DNA of 63,169 bases, the filler included, from Circinaria calcarea (taxonomy: Eukaryota): assembly GCA_051942165.1 (NCBI GenBank). It is 16 parts of 16 records of this genome, joined end to end, with 100 filler letters (N's around TTAATTAATTAA, not from the genome) between each part and the next. Parts side by side here need not be neighbours in the genome. Positions count along the whole stretch, not along the records: positions 23,778 to 27,635 come from JAVECS010002587.1; positions 27,736 to 31,593 come from JAVECS010002588.1; positions 31,694 to 35,549 come from JAVECS010002589.1; positions 35,650 to 39,502 come from JAVECS010002590.1; 12 more parts are not named here. One strand, 5' to 3'. Shown in pieces: positions 24,887-38,330 of the stretch. A program made the translations under genes and the position numbers. Each line of letters begins with the position of its first letter. Within the stretch, counting starts at the first letter, position 1. The notes beneath the pieces were generated by a model, which searched no databases, had not been told where the DNA came from, and saw only the letters and a program-made list of their open reading frames with translations.

Positions 24887-25203
24887 AACACATATAAGCC
24901 GGTTTCTGTTAATAGATATGAATCTAAATAAAGGCCTAGTTTAGGCTTGAAGTTTCGCCATTATATAATACTAAAGAAAAGAGCTTTTTCTTTATCTTTT
25001 TATTTTTTTTTTTATTTGGTTTAAAATAAACCATAAAAATAAAATGAAAGAAATATAATTTTTATTTTCTGTTAAATACCTGGGTTTTTACCCTTGTATA
25101 TTTGTAATAATCTAAATTATTATTACAAATATGCATAAACCAATAAAGCTCCGGACTTTCCTAAAAGCATTTACTCTCTAAATATGGTAAAGCTATATGT
25201 ATC
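24887..25203 (-). ncRNA. rnpB: Mitochondrial RNase P RNA
   Basis: CR-I GGAAAGTCCGG (25161-25151) and CR-V ACAGAAACCGGCTTA (24909-24895) form P4 with the bulged U. AACAGAAAA and GGCGAAAC..CAAGCCTAAACTAGG lie between them. GATACATATA/TATATGTGTT can form P1. Confidence 0.92.
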
Positions 25204-25423
25204 ACATTTTGGTGATGTTCTTTAAGACATAACAATAAATATATGTCTTTTTTTAATAAAAAAGAAACAAACTTACTAAGCATATCCTGGTAAAAATAAA
25301 TAAGTATAATGGAATAAGCTAAATTCCATTAATCTACTAAAGAGAGCCTCTTAATATTAATTCATTTAGATTATAAAGAATAAATAAAAAAAAAAGTAAA
25401 AAGATTACTCTATAAAATTACTA

Positions 25424-26896
25424 CTAGAGTCTATTACTAGAATAGATTAAAGAGGATACAGAGTAATGTAAACCATCAAGAATAGGAGCAGGATATATAC
25501 CTAACACTACTGTAAACATAACTAATGTTAATAGAATAAAAAATTCACGTTTATTAACATCAGGTATATTAAAAAGAAAGAATTTAGAATAGGATCCCGC
25601 AAATGCTATTCTATTAAACATATATATAGTATATGCAGCGCTAAAAATTATAGAAGAACTAGCAAAAACACCTAATAAAGGTAATCTTTCAAACACACCA
25701 TATAAAGACATGAATTCTCCTATAAAGTTTAAAGTTAAAGGTACTCCACAATTACCTAAACATAATATAAAGAAAAAGATAGAAAATAAAGGCATTAGTT
25801 GCGAAATACCTCTGTAGAAAGTAATTAATCTAGTAGAAGATCTATCATATAATACACCACCCGCACAAATAAATAAACCAGAAGAGACAAATCCATGAGC
25901 TAACCCTAGAGTTATACCACCTTCTATACCCTGTACTGTATTACTAAATACACCTAATAAATATACTGCAGCATGAGAAACTGAAGAATAAGCAATAAGT
26001 TCTTTAACATCTATAGTTCTTAGTGTACTAAAACTAGCATATATAATAGTGATAACACCTATCAAATAAACTAAATATGTGTAATCTAGAGAAGCTTTAG
26101 AAATTAAAGGTAGAATTAATCTAAGAATACCATATAAACTTAATTTCAAGACGATACCCGCTAAAATTATACTACCTGCCAAAGGTGATTCAACATGAGC
26201 TTTTAAAAGTCAAGTATTTAAAAAAATAAGAGGTGTTTTAACTGCAAAAGCAATAAAGATACCATAAAATAAAAATAATTGAGTAAAGTAATTGAAATTC
26301 GTTTTACTTAAGGCATCAAAATCTGTAGTTCCCATTATGGAAGACATATTAAGTATAGATAATAATAAGAACAAAGATCCTAATAATGTATATAGAAATA
26401 AGTAGAAACTTGCCCTAACTCTATTGCTGGAACCAAAAAGACCTATTAGTATAAATAAAGGTGGTAAAATACTTTCAAAAAAGATATAAAATAATAAAAT
26501 ATCTAGCACTAAAAAAACTGCTAACAATAGTGTTTCTAATAATAAGATTATTATAACAAAGGACCTTATATTTTCAGAGATGGAACTTCAATTTGATAAT
26601 AATGAAATAGGGATTATTATTGTTGTTAATAACACAAAATAGATAGACAAACCGTCTAGACCTAGATAAAAATCAAAAGAACTTATTTGATGGTATTCTT
26701 GTACAAATTGAAACTGGTTGCTGCTAAAATCAAATAAGATAAAAATAATCAAACTTAAAATAAGATTTATTATTGATGTTGTTAATGCAGTAAACTTAAT
26801 ACGTTTAATGTTTGTATCTGTTAGATTATAAGACATAGCCGTGGATATGATAAAGATACCCATTAGAGGTATTAATAATAAAAGTAAAAGTAACAT
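25424..26896 (-). CDS. nad4: NADH dehydrogenase subunit 4 (genetic code 4), 490 aa, no intron
   Basis: Three same-frame ORF-track pieces are joined by TGA=Trp at 26588 and 26210. Motifs FFESILPPLF, KAHVESPLAGSIILAG and IAYSSVSH. Confidence 0.98.
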
Positions 26897-27146
26897 ATAA
26901 ATATATAAGATGAATCTCTCCAAAATTTCCCACAAAAAAATCGCTTTTTTTTGAGCGATATCTAGTAACACCATTTATATCTAAATGGTAAATTAGATTT
27001 AGTATTTTAAACCTTTTTCTCACTATATTTATAGCATGTTCTCTAAATATATCTAGACTTTATAAAAGATATACTTTTCTCTCTATCTTTTTAGAGAGAG
27101 AGAGAAGAGAGTAACTAACTATATATTTTATAGCTTTTATTTATAT

Positions 27147-27635
27147 TTACAATAAAGATACATTACTAGGTATAATTTCAAAGCTATATATAATACATGG
27201 TATTAATATTATAAAGGCTATAACAATAGGTAAAAGGATAGTTCAACAGAATGACATTAACTGGTCAAATCTTATTCTAGGAAAAGAAGCTCTTACTCAT
27301 ATAAAAACAAAAATCATAATACAAGCTTTTACACCTAAAGTTAAACCGTAAAGCATACCTTCTATTCATGGATTAGAAAATAAAGTATCATGATCACTGG
27401 TCATAACTATCAGGTAAGAGTCAAAATCAATATATTGAAGTAAAAAGACTAAAGGTATATAGTTAAATAAGTAACCACCTAAAAATAAGATACTAGTTAA
27501 GATACAGATAAGTACAATACTTGCATATTCAGCCAAAAAGAAAAATACAAATATAACTGCGGCATGTTCTGTCATAAAACCACTAACTAGTTCAGATTCT
27601 GCTTCCGCTAAATCAAAGGGGGCTCTATTTGTTTC
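27147..27635 (-). CDS. nad1: NADH dehydrogenase subunit 1, 3' part (code 4)
   Basis: [24 protein letters not shown]...[19 protein letters not shown], with a TAA stop at 27147-27149. Confidence 0.98.
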
Positions 27636-27735
27636 NNNNNNNNNNNNNNNNNNNNNNNNNNNNNNNNNNNNNNNNNNNNTTAATTAATTAANNNNNNNNN
27701 NNNNNNNNNNNNNNNNNNNNNNNNNNNNNNNNNNN

Positions 27736-28828
27736 TTCGCCCCAGAGACGGCCTTCCGACGGGCAGATTACCTAAACACCGATTTAACTGGAGAAAACGA
27801 ACCAAGGCGTGCACCCCATTTTGACCCAGCTCTCGAGATGTCCAACAACAGCACTCCTGATCCCCATGGTAGTCTCAATGAAAGCGACCCTACATCATTC
27901 GAGAAAAAGGATAAAGACGCCGAAGTTCGATATTTGGACCAGGACGCCATCCCCAAGAAGGTCAGCTTCGCAAGAAGCCTGCTCCCATTCAACGGACGCA
28001 AGACCGATGATAATCTCTTCAAGCTCATCATACGGCCTTTTCCCCTCTTTCTCCACCCTGCCATCCTTTGGGGTTGCCTTATTCAGGGTACCCTCATCGG
28101 CTGGACGGTAATGATTGGCGTCGTGCTCGCAGCTGTCTTCCTTGGTCCGCCCCTCTTCTTTGACGAGGTACAAACCGGATACATGTACACTGGAGCTTTT
28201 ATCGGCGCGGTTATCGGCTTTCTACTTGCTGGCGTTCTAGCGGATTGGTCTACCAAGCTCATGATTCGTCGGAACAAAGGTGTCTACGAACCTGAGTTCC
28301 GGATCGTCCTCGTCGTTGCTCAACTCATTATTGGATGTGCTGGCCTGTACGGATTCGGGATTACATCAGGTAATATTGGAAAGTACGGGTGGGCCGTGCC
28401 AGACGTCTTCTTTGGCTTCGAGGTAGCCGGAATGGTGATAGGGACAGTGGCCAGTGCCCTTTACATTGTAGACGCGCACCGTGAGAAGAGTATCTAGTCA
28501 TCAGATATCGACCTACATGCTGACGGGTCTTAGGGGACATTGCTGTTGAGGCATTCACGTGCATGTTAATATTCAAGAATATTTTTAGTTTCGTCTTAAC
28601 TTGGGTGGCTTATGATTGGTTGTTGAAGGATGGAATTTTGAAAATATTCTTAATTGTCGGAAGTGTACAAGTTGGTATCTGCTTGCTAAGTATTCCCATG
28701 TGTAAGTCAATGCAGGGACCCAGCTCATTCCGACTGTATTCTAACATGATCTCCAAACAGATGTGTTTGGGAAGAAGAACCGATCTTTCCTGCATCGACA
28801 TGATCTCCTTAAATTGGTAAAGCTTTGA
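27736..28828 (+). CDS. MFS transporter (HOL1/DHA1-like), 5'-truncated, 2 introns
   Basis: RRNKGVYEPEFRI and LYIVDAHR, then spliced exons DIAVEAFTCMLIFKN and YVFGKKNRSFLHRHDLLKLVKL*. Confidence 0.88.
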
Positions 28829-29270
28829 CAGGACGATAGCTTCGATCATGTTGGATTTAGCCTAAGATTAGAAACTGGAAGTGGGGTTTCCTTTTCGGCA
28901 TCAAAGCATACCTTACAGCTCGAATTATATTTAATCCATCTGCCTAAAGCACCGTCAAAGAACATTATCTCATTACGGAGTGTGGGACATGTCTTCGTCT
29001 GGTGGAAGTAGTGCAGGTACCCTGGAAACGCCCTCCTATTCAGCCGCTGGCCGTTCCTTAGCCCCGACCTCCAATCTACATAATCATCCTCCGTCCCCCC
29101 TCTTCTCCAGAGCCCTTTTCGCACCGCAAACCACTGTTTCTCGCCGTGTGTGACATTTCCTCTTGGCAATCCTCAGCCGTCTTGCCGTTTTCCAGACACC
29201 CCGTGGCCAGCGCATCGACGTTCAGAGCGCCCTCTTTTCCAGTTGCATAAACGCCCCTCGTCGACTCAAC

Positions 29271-30398
29271 ATGTCCGAATTCGAACCCGATTGGGCAATG
29301 CCGGATTCCAGCTTGCCGCTAGCTGCAGATTACATGCAGGGCGGCGAGGCGGAGTGAGTCTTTTTTTTTTATTGGCTGACAAGAGGGCGAAGAACGCAAC
29401 AATATGCAGGCGGGATTTGGAAAGACTACTTGTCTACAAACAAGCTATATGTTTGCCTTTATGCTTTGTGCGAACAAACCTTTCGAAGTGAGAACGCTTT
29501 AGAAGAGCATTTGCGTACTGACCCGGTCACTCTTCCTATTGCTGGTTCGGCGACAGTCGATGCCGGTACATATCCTGTTAGAGATTCAGACTTCGACGAA
29601 CTTACACTTCCAGCGTGGACGACGACGACATTCGATGAAGACTTTTTCAATGGCGTTGAGAGTAATGCTTTCGGACTTGATACTTCTTACGAGAACGTAC
29701 AAACATACTATTCCAGTTTTCAAGAGGCAGGCCTTACCAGCGAACTCTATGCCGATACAGATTCTTACGCTACAGGGGTTGATTCTACTGACCAACAGGA
29801 GATTGACCAGTCTCTTTCTAGCGGGACTGATTTCGGCTTCGGCATAGATGGAGCCTATCAGCACAAGGAACATGATTGGGAAATGACTACGATCACCCCG
29901 CTTACCAGTTTGACTCCTTCGACTTCTCTGACTCACCTAAGCTCACAATCTCCCGCTCCGGCATCAGTTGTAATCCCGCCCAATGCTGCCGGCAATGATT
30001 GCACCTGCATCGTCTGCACTTTCACGAAGTGCTATAAGCAGCGTTATAAACCGGGAGGATACCAGTGCGTGATAACTGGCTGTAGATATTCTGAGTGGTG
30101 GGCCCCCGACATGAAAAAACACGTCAAAACGCATTATCTTCAATCTGACCGCTTCCCCTGCGACGCGCCTGGTTGCAAAACCATCTCTGTTCGGTGGTCT
30201 GACTTCCTCCGACACTACAAGTCAAATCATTGCAGTCGACCTCAGAAATTCCCTTGCGATGTTATAGGTTGCAAATACGGAGGCGATAATGGGTTCCCTC
30301 GCAAGGATAAGCTGACGAGTCATAAGAGGAACGTCCACCAGGGCAATGCAGCTCCCCGAAAGCAGCCAAGAGCGATCAAACCCAAAGTACAGGAGTAG
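29271..30398 (+). CDS. C2H2 zinc-finger protein; 5' exon structure uncertain
   Basis: Fingers CLYALC..HLRT, CVITGC..HVKTH, CDAPGC..HYKSNH and CDVIGCKYGGDNGFPRKDKLTSHKRNVH. Probable first exon from ATG 29271 with a GTGAGT donor at 29354. Confidence 0.85.
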
Positions 30399-31353
30399 AT
30401 TGGGGGTCGTTGATGGTTCAGAAGAGGACCTTGTGTTTAATTCGTCCGAAGTCACCGGTCAGAGGGATATGAGTACGGTGTGGTGGAAGTCTAGGAGGAA
30501 GTTGGAAAATTGAAGAAGTAGAACTGTTTTCGTGCTTTACTATCTATTCCTCGCTCTACTATTTTAGTCTATCTTTACCTAGTCATGTTTCGATATCGCC
30601 TTTGTTTTCTTTCCTGATGAACTAGAGTCACTCATTTGTATTAAGATATTATGTTTTGCAACGGAAGGTCTTCTACTCATGAAATACATTATCCACTCAA
30701 TAATTGACGTGATTAACAATTTGTAACTTCCATATCTCCCGAAGAACGCTCCAATCGATGCTTCCACCGCCCACGTTTTAGTAAACCATCAGACCGCGCA
30801 TCGGACCATTTCTTTCATCACTGCCGAAGAGTAGCTGAGATAGGTTACATACACGGAGCATGACTGACGGGCCTCAATGATACCGCTCAGCGTATAGGGC
30901 TTCCTGCAACCTTCGGCTCCAAATAGGTACCCCGCCCAGTGGCTGAGAGGCTACGAGATGAGGTTCCACCCCTTGAAAAAGCTTCTTTCCTCTCCTCTCC
31001 TTACCACAGCTATCAGCACCCGACTTTCTAGAACCCTGAACCCTCTCTCTCACTTGTCCACCGCACCCCCCTAACCCATCGCTACACAATACCTCCGGAA
31101 CCGCCCCCCCCAGGGCACAACCCAAGAAGAAAGACCCATCCAAGCAAAGATCACATCACGACAACGGCCTCCTTCCCATCCCGTCCCACAGCTCTCCACA
31201 AAACCTCCAGACATCAATCCAATCGGGCCCCCTCCAAAAAAACCCCCCTTCCATCTCTCCGTTTATTCTATTCTACCAGGGAGTCTTTTCTTCTACTTTT
31301 GGTTAAACCGAGACGTGAATGGATGAATGAATGAATGAATGAATGAATGGATA

Positions 31354-31528
31354 CAGAGGTGTATTGCAAAACTCATGGCATATACGCTGAAAGCTCCGCG
31401 GTATCGGTAGGCTCAGCTCCGGAGGGGTGTTGTCACCTAACCTTAGTGTACTCATCACTAATGCTGGCTGGACAGTAGCCCGGATAAACTTTTAGCCCAC
31501 ATGCCATAAATTATGCAATACACCTCTG
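31354..31528. mobile_element. 175-bp Tc1/mariner-type MITE with about 40-bp TIRs and TA flanks
   Basis: Left CAGAGGTGTATTGCAAAACTCATGGCATATACGCTGAAAG; right (reverse complement) CAGAGGTGTATTGCATAATTTATGGCATGTGGGCTAAAAG. TA lies at 31352-31353 and 31529-31530, within a (GAAT)n tract. Confidence 0.85.
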
Positions 31529-31729
31529 TAAATGAATAAATAAATGGCTGGCCTTTTTTTTTCTTTATGGGATAGGGGTAAATGGAGAGGGGGNNNNNNN
31601 NNNNNNNNNNNNNNNNNNNNNNNNNNNNNNNNNNNNNTTAATTAATTAANNNNNNNNNNNNNNNNNNNNNNNNNNNNNNNNNNNNNNNNNNNNAGTGGCC
31701 CCACAGATGCACGATCAGCTATCTCGTCG

Positions 31730-34700
31730 GTGGTCCGTATGCCAGATGTATGCTCAAAGCTGGAAGAACGCCTGACCACGAGTGTTCTTGTTCATAACCT
31801 TCATTGTACGTCCTGTGTTGCTCATATACGAGCCACTCTTTCCGGGTTCACCCCGGCTGTTCAAGCAGTGGATGTCAGCATAGTTACTCACGAGGTGCAT
31901 GTTTCCCATATGTCGTCCATCAAGGTGTTTGACCTTTGTCGGGCCCTGGAAGAAGCTGCATTCGAGGTTAATAGTGCATGCACGATCAATAAGGATGGGG
32001 CTACGATCTCACAGCTCGACTTTACGACCAGTGCGGATAGCTGGCTCGAAGCGGCTACTGATACGTTGCGACAGCCGCGACATGCATTGGCCAAGTCGAG
32101 CCCGCTATTACAGCCATCTATACCCAACCGTATTAAATGGAAGAGGCATCTACAGATCTGCGCAGCATGTCAAGCGGAGCATGTACAAGCGTCCGAGGAT
32201 TACTCGGATCCGCAGGTTATGGTGCACGACCTCGAAAAATACCCGACGGATACATTCGATACCAATTTACGTAACGGAACTGCAGATTCTAAACGAGCTA
32301 CAATAGAAGATTTAGCGGCGGAAGAAGAAATACCGTTAAGCTTGGTTTCTGAGCGGGGACTTGCTAGTAGGAAATCCACGGTGGATGGGAAGCATCACGA
32401 GCAATTGCCTACCCAAGAATTCGATTCGGCATCTCTTGATGGAACTGCGGTAACCCTTCGAAGTACTCGGTCCCAAACATATCAACTATCGATAAGCATT
32501 GGGGGCATGACTTGCGCCTCCTGCAGTAACGCGATCACCGACGCACTTAAAGACCTGGACACGGTGGAATATGTCAACGTCGATCTCATGACAAACCGTG
32601 GCAGTGTTCGATTCTCCGGACCAATCGCATTAGCAGGTACTGTTGTCGAGACAGTTCAAGGTATCGGGTACGAGGCCATAGTAGTCTCTTGCGAACCAAT
32701 TTCGAAGATGAGCAACGATATCTCGACTTTAGGAAGAAACAAATATAGGGCCATACTGAGCATCGGCGGCATGACTTGCGCATCTTGTTCGAATGCAATA
32801 GTGGACGGATTACAAGAGTTCCCTTGTGTGACAGACGTCAATATCATCCTGATGACTAATAGTGGAACTGTGATTTTTGAAGGTAGGGAACATCTTGACG
32901 ATATAATTGCAAAAGTGGATGACCTGGGTTATGACATTACCGTGGATCACTGTTCGGCAGTCGACATATCAGACGAAAGGTCTGAAAAAGCACTCGAAAC
33001 CCAGATGAGAATGGTGGAGCTTGAGGTCACTGGCATACACTGTGATCACTGCCCAGCTCGGATTCAAGAAGCCCTCAGATCCAAGCTTTCCGGACAGGTG
33101 ATAGTTGAAAAACTTCCTAAGTTAAAGGACCCATTACTTCGTGTGCTATATAGGCCATACGCCCCTGATTTTACCATAAGAGACGTTATTACTGCTATCA
33201 ACGCTGTGGACGAAGCTTTTAATACGTTGCCTTACCATCCGCCTTCTATCGAAGATCGGTCTAAGGCGATACAGATTCACGAGAGGCAAAGGATTCTGGG
33301 ACGTCTTGTGTTCAGTTTTGTAATTACAATCCCTACCCTCCTCATAGGCGTTATCTGGATGAGTGTGGTCCCCAGCTCGAACGCTACTCGAATGTTTTTG
33401 GAGAAGCCGATTTGGGCAGGCAATGTTACGCGTGCCGAATGGGCGTTATTCATTCTCGCAACCCCCATCTATTTCTTCGCAGCCGATGTGTTCCATATTC
33501 GAGCGACCAAGGAAATCCGGGCACTCTGGCGGAAAAGCAGTAGGGTACCGGTACTTCGGAGGTTTTACCGGTTTGGAAGTATGAACTTGCTCATATCAGC
33601 TGGGACGTCTGTCGCCTACTTTGCCTCTTTGGCCTTGCTGATTATTGATGCGACTGCACAACAGGTTGCGGCCAATGAAACCACTTATTTTGACACTGTT
33701 GTATTTCTGACTTTCTTCATTCTGATCGGCCGGTACCTGGAGGCCTACAGCAAGTCCAAGACAGGCGACGCTGTTGCGATGCTCGGAAGGCTTCGGCCGC
33801 AGGAAGCCCTTCTTCTCTCACCTATAGCATCGAAGTCAATGAAACAATCCGGTGCTATCCTAGATGAGAAATCTTCACCAGTCCCTAGTCCTAGGAAGAT
33901 CAATGCAGATCTGCTCGAAGTCGGCGACGTGGTAACTGTGACCCGGGGATCATCTCCTCCAGCTGATGGCATGATTTTGAGTGGCTTTACCCAGTTTGAC
34001 GAAAGCTCCTTGACCGGCGAGTCCCGAACTGTAAAGAAAGGCCCAGGAGAGAAGGTCTTTGTTGGGACTGTGAACACCGGTGATTCGATCACAGTTGAGG
34101 TCCTTGAGATCGGCGGCTCATCGATGCTCGATCAGATTGTATCAGTTGTTAGAGAGGGTCAGACGAAGAGGGCGCCGATTGAGAGATTTGCAGATGTCTT
34201 GACTGGCTATTTTGTTCCCATCATCACAGGCCTAGCTATCGTTACTTTCTTCGTATGGTTTTCGCTTGGCCAATCGGGGGTGCTCTCTTCAAGCTATATT
34301 GATAGACAAGCCGGAGGTTGGGCTTTTTGGAGCTTGGAGTTTGCAATCGCTGTGTTTGTTGTCGCTTGTCCTTGCGGAATCGGCCTTGCAGCCCCTACTG
34401 CACTTTTTGTAGGCGGTGGTCTGGCGGCGAAACATGGCATACTTGTACGAGGAGGTGGGGAGGCTTTCCAAGAAGCAGGAGATTTGGATGCTGTTGTCTT
34501 TGATAAAACAGGTACTCTAACAGAAGGCGCAGAGCTAAAAGTCACCGATCATGAAATGCTGGCGAAAGGGGAAGATGCAAACACAGCCTGGTCAATCGTC
34601 AGAGCTCTTGAGGAGCAAAGCTCACATCCTATTGCCCAAGCCATAGCCTTCTTGGCGTCAGAAAAACCGTCAACACCCCTTGGTATAGGTGATGTATCGG

Positions 34701-35549
34701 AACAGCCAGGGTTGGGTATGTGCGGTACTTTCATTCCTCAAGCATCAGAAGATGGCAGTCTCGGTACTTTCGAAGCAGCTTTAGGCTCCGAAAAGCTCAT
34801 ATCTTCGCTCAACCCCCATCCACCTTCTCTCGACTACTTCACCTCCCAAACCCTCTCCAAATGGAAATCACAGTCCAAATCTATAGCACTCCTAGCAATC
34901 CGCCGTCTCCTCCCAACCGACAGAGAACAGAGCCCCTGGACTCTCACCGCTCTCTTCGCAACCTCCGACCCCATTCGTCTCTCCGCTCTCCCTTGTATCC
35001 AAAACCTCCAGTCCCGCGGTCTTGCCGTTTATATGTTAACAGGCGACAATCCTCTCACCGCCGCCGCGGTCGCCTCCTCCCTCAATATCCCCGTCGCCAA
35101 CGTCTTCGCCGGGGTTCTTCCCACCGAAAAAGCGGACAAGATTAGATGGCTGCAGGAACACGGTCCGCGTAAGACCCGTCCAGGCACTTCCTGGACACGT
35201 ATCACTCGTCGACTCCTACCTAGCTTTCGAAGACGCGAAACTAGCCCAGAAGCACGCAAGGCCAAAGTCGCATTCGTTGGTGACGGCATCAACGACGCGC
35301 CCGCACTCGCCACCGCCACCGCCTCGGGCGTCTCCGTCTCTCTCTCCTCCGGCTCCTCCATTGCCCTCTCCTCGTCCTCGTTCATCATCCTCTCCCCCTC
35401 CAACCATGGACCGTCGTTGTTGAAAATTCCGCTCCTCCTCGACCTCAGCGCGCGTGTGTTCACCCGCATCAAATTCAACTTCGCCTGGGCGCTCGTGTAC
35501 AATCTCGTACTGGTGCCTGTGGCAGCCGGGGTGTTTTTCGGGCTTGGGA
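31730..35549 (+). CDS. P1B-type copper-transporting ATPase, 3'-truncated
   Basis: HMA motifs LHCTSC, GMTCASC x2 and IHCDHC; also LTGES, CPC, DKTGT, HP, TGDN, GDGINDAP and YN. Confidence 0.96.
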
Positions 35550-35649
35550 NNNNNNNNNNNNNNNNNNNNNNNNNNNNNNNNNNNNNNNNNNNNTTAATTA
35601 ATTAANNNNNNNNNNNNNNNNNNNNNNNNNNNNNNNNNNNNNNNNNNNN

Positions 35650-36071
35650 GGATTGGATGGAGGAGAAGGAGATGAGGTGGTAGGATGGGAGGCTGGTGGG
35701 AGAGGTTTGTGTGGAGGGAGTGGTGGTGAGGGCGAGGAGGTTATGGGCGGGGGAAGCGGTGTAGATTGTGCCTTCTAGGGTTGGGCGGCCGGGAATGGTG
35801 GTTTGGATGCGGATTCTGGTGGAGGGAGGTTAGCTGGGGTTTTAGGTTTGGGGTTCGTGGGTGATGAATGTATGCTGCGAGGTGAGAGGGTTGGGCGGGA
35901 TGTCATGTTGTAATATCCTCGGAAGAACTCTCGCTGGAGTTGAAAGCGAGCTCACCTAGCACCAATAGCTCCACACAGCGCAGCCTCCATCGACACCATG
36001 CCTGGCGGTCCAATGTTCGGCGTCGCGACCGGGACCTTGCCTCCAGCATTCTGGCGCTTGGCCTCCGCCAT
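35650..36071 (-). CDS. LSM12: LSM12-like protein, N-terminal part (3'-truncated); intron 35816-35955
   Basis: Spliced translation MAEAKRQNAGGKVPVATP...ALCGAIGAR|IRIQTTIPGRPTLEGTIYTASPAHNLLAL...SYHLISFSSIQS fits the fungal LSM12 Sm-like domain. Intron signals GTGAGC..CTAAC..CAG. Confidence 0.8.
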
Positions 36072-38330
36072 CCTGGCAACGGTATTGCACGCTCGACTGT
36101 TCTGCCTAGGAATATGTTTGTCAACTCCGTCAGACGCGGTTTTCTTAAAGGTCAATGGACATTATAATGGCTGGGCCTCGGGATGGCGAGTTCGCGAGGT
36201 ATCCTAGCAAGTACTATTTGCTTGAGACCAGGTGAAAAAGGAGTGACAAGAATGAAAGGAGAAAAGTGGAGAGCGGAATGGGGTTATGAGAAGGGGAGTC
36301 CGTCACTCCTGCCTTGCACGCCTCTATGAGGGAGTATGAAGGTTGAGACAAGGTACTGCTGCTTTGGAAAGATTGGCCGCGACTTTTTTGGATAAAGCGA
36401 CATGGTGTGGTCCTACAAGTAAAAAGAGAGGTGGCCACAGTAAACGGTCCGATGACTCCGACGACGGCATATTTATGGTTTGGGAGGCGGAGGATATTCA
36501 ATTGACTCTTGACTATTATCATAATGGTCTGGTGCTTCAGATATCGAGATCCGGATTAGACAGACTCACGACATTGTACACGTCATAGTCTTGCCAGTCT
36601 GTATTGTAGCCATGTTTTGCTCCTGCTGCTTAGAATACGGGTGTGCTCGAAATGCATTTTACTCCTAGAACTATAGCCTTCCGTTTGTGATGCCTGGATT
36701 CCCAGAGCCTTACACCCCCATAGCCTTGAGTCCCGAAGCATTCCACTATGGGATCTTTTCAAGTGACATAGTATAAGCTATATAACTAGTATCAGCGTAG
36801 CAACTTTTAAAGATTGTCGTTCTTATTTGCGTTCACCAAATGAGATATCCGAAATTCGAACTTAATACGGACACCCTTGATTTCTTCTCAAAGTACATTT
36901 CTTGTTTGTACAATCTTGTTTTGTTACCTCCAAACTACCAATACGTAAATACATTTTACAAGCACAGGGTTATAAGTGTGCAGAATTGTTATTGCTGAGC
37001 TTATCAATTGAAGGACTACAGACATGTATTGACTCTAAGAGCTTAGAAATCGTACTGACCATTAGATAGAAGCTCGAGATCTCATTCTTGAGATGGTTGA
37101 TAATGCAAAGGGAACTGCTCCTGCTGAATACAGCTTTGGCTTCACTGAACAGATGGTCTAGACATTCAAAACTAGGATGGGGCAGATGGAAAATTAGAAG
37201 TGGGTTTAAAGCCTATTCATGCTAGCCGTTGAACCCTGATACTACTTGGAAATATCCGGCAAAACACCTTGGTTGGGGAGGAGGGGGTAAAGAACATTGG
37301 GCATGTCGAGAGGCATGTCGGGAATATAAGCAATATCACTATCAAGGACAAACCAGAGACCATGCATCTGCAGAGGAATGTGTGGTATTAGTAAAAGCTG
37401 TCCAAGGCAGAACTGATCCAATGTGGGCAGTACCTAGCAATCGATTGCAAGTACATGGCATTCAACCGCGTCTCCTTTGGCACTGCAAAAGAAACCTTCT
37501 CTATCAACAGCTTTGAAGGCTCAAGAAATGTTACAAGCCTCAGCATCTTCCCACTTTCCTACATGAGCACGAGCAAGCCTTGCGGCCGAGCGTGACAAGC
37601 CGATCAAAGAAGATCATAACCCTCGAAAAGCAATTTCCATAACTTTTCTTAAAAAAGTATATGTGGATTTCTCCAGTGCCTTTGGGGGAAATGGACTCGA
37701 CGTCCTGGCTAAGGTAGACTTGATCTTAAATTGGAGGCAGATTAAGAACGTCGTGGGAAGAGCCCTATATTATTGCCTCGCAGAAGGATGGAGACCTGGC
37801 TATCTCGCACGTCCGCAGTGCCCTAATTGTGTGTGAATCATGGCTCCTATCAACCTCTCAAATATTAACTATCACTGACCTATATTAGCACACAGTGTAC
37901 AATAGGAAATTTAGGTCTGGATCGCAACAAGTCATCGCAGTTAGGCGGTATCACATAATAGACTTTTGTCTAATATAAAACTCTGCCGACATGTTACACG
38001 ATAATAGCAAAGCATCAATCTATCATAAAGGTAGCTGCTGCGCGTCTCGTATCTCTACTCTACGCTATGGACATCTTGGCGATGCTTGTTGTCCATCATC
38101 ATATAATGAATCAACCTTCTCTCATTTGACCTCCGCGTCAGTCATTTTATACGTGAAGGCTTACTCCCTTAGTCTTATGAGTCATTACTACTATCTATCT
38201 CACGATCCTATCCCTCAGCCTTCCGTTAATTTCATGCAACACACCCACTCTCACGACATCCATTCTATTAGTCTACACCTGCAACAAAGATCCTCCATAC
38301 CTGATAGTCTCCATCTCTTTCCAAGACAGC

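Noticed and set aside
25424..27635. nad4 and nad1 appearing fragmented in the ORF track
   Set aside because: The breaks are in-frame TGA codons read as Trp in the mold mitochondrial code; these are not pseudogenes.
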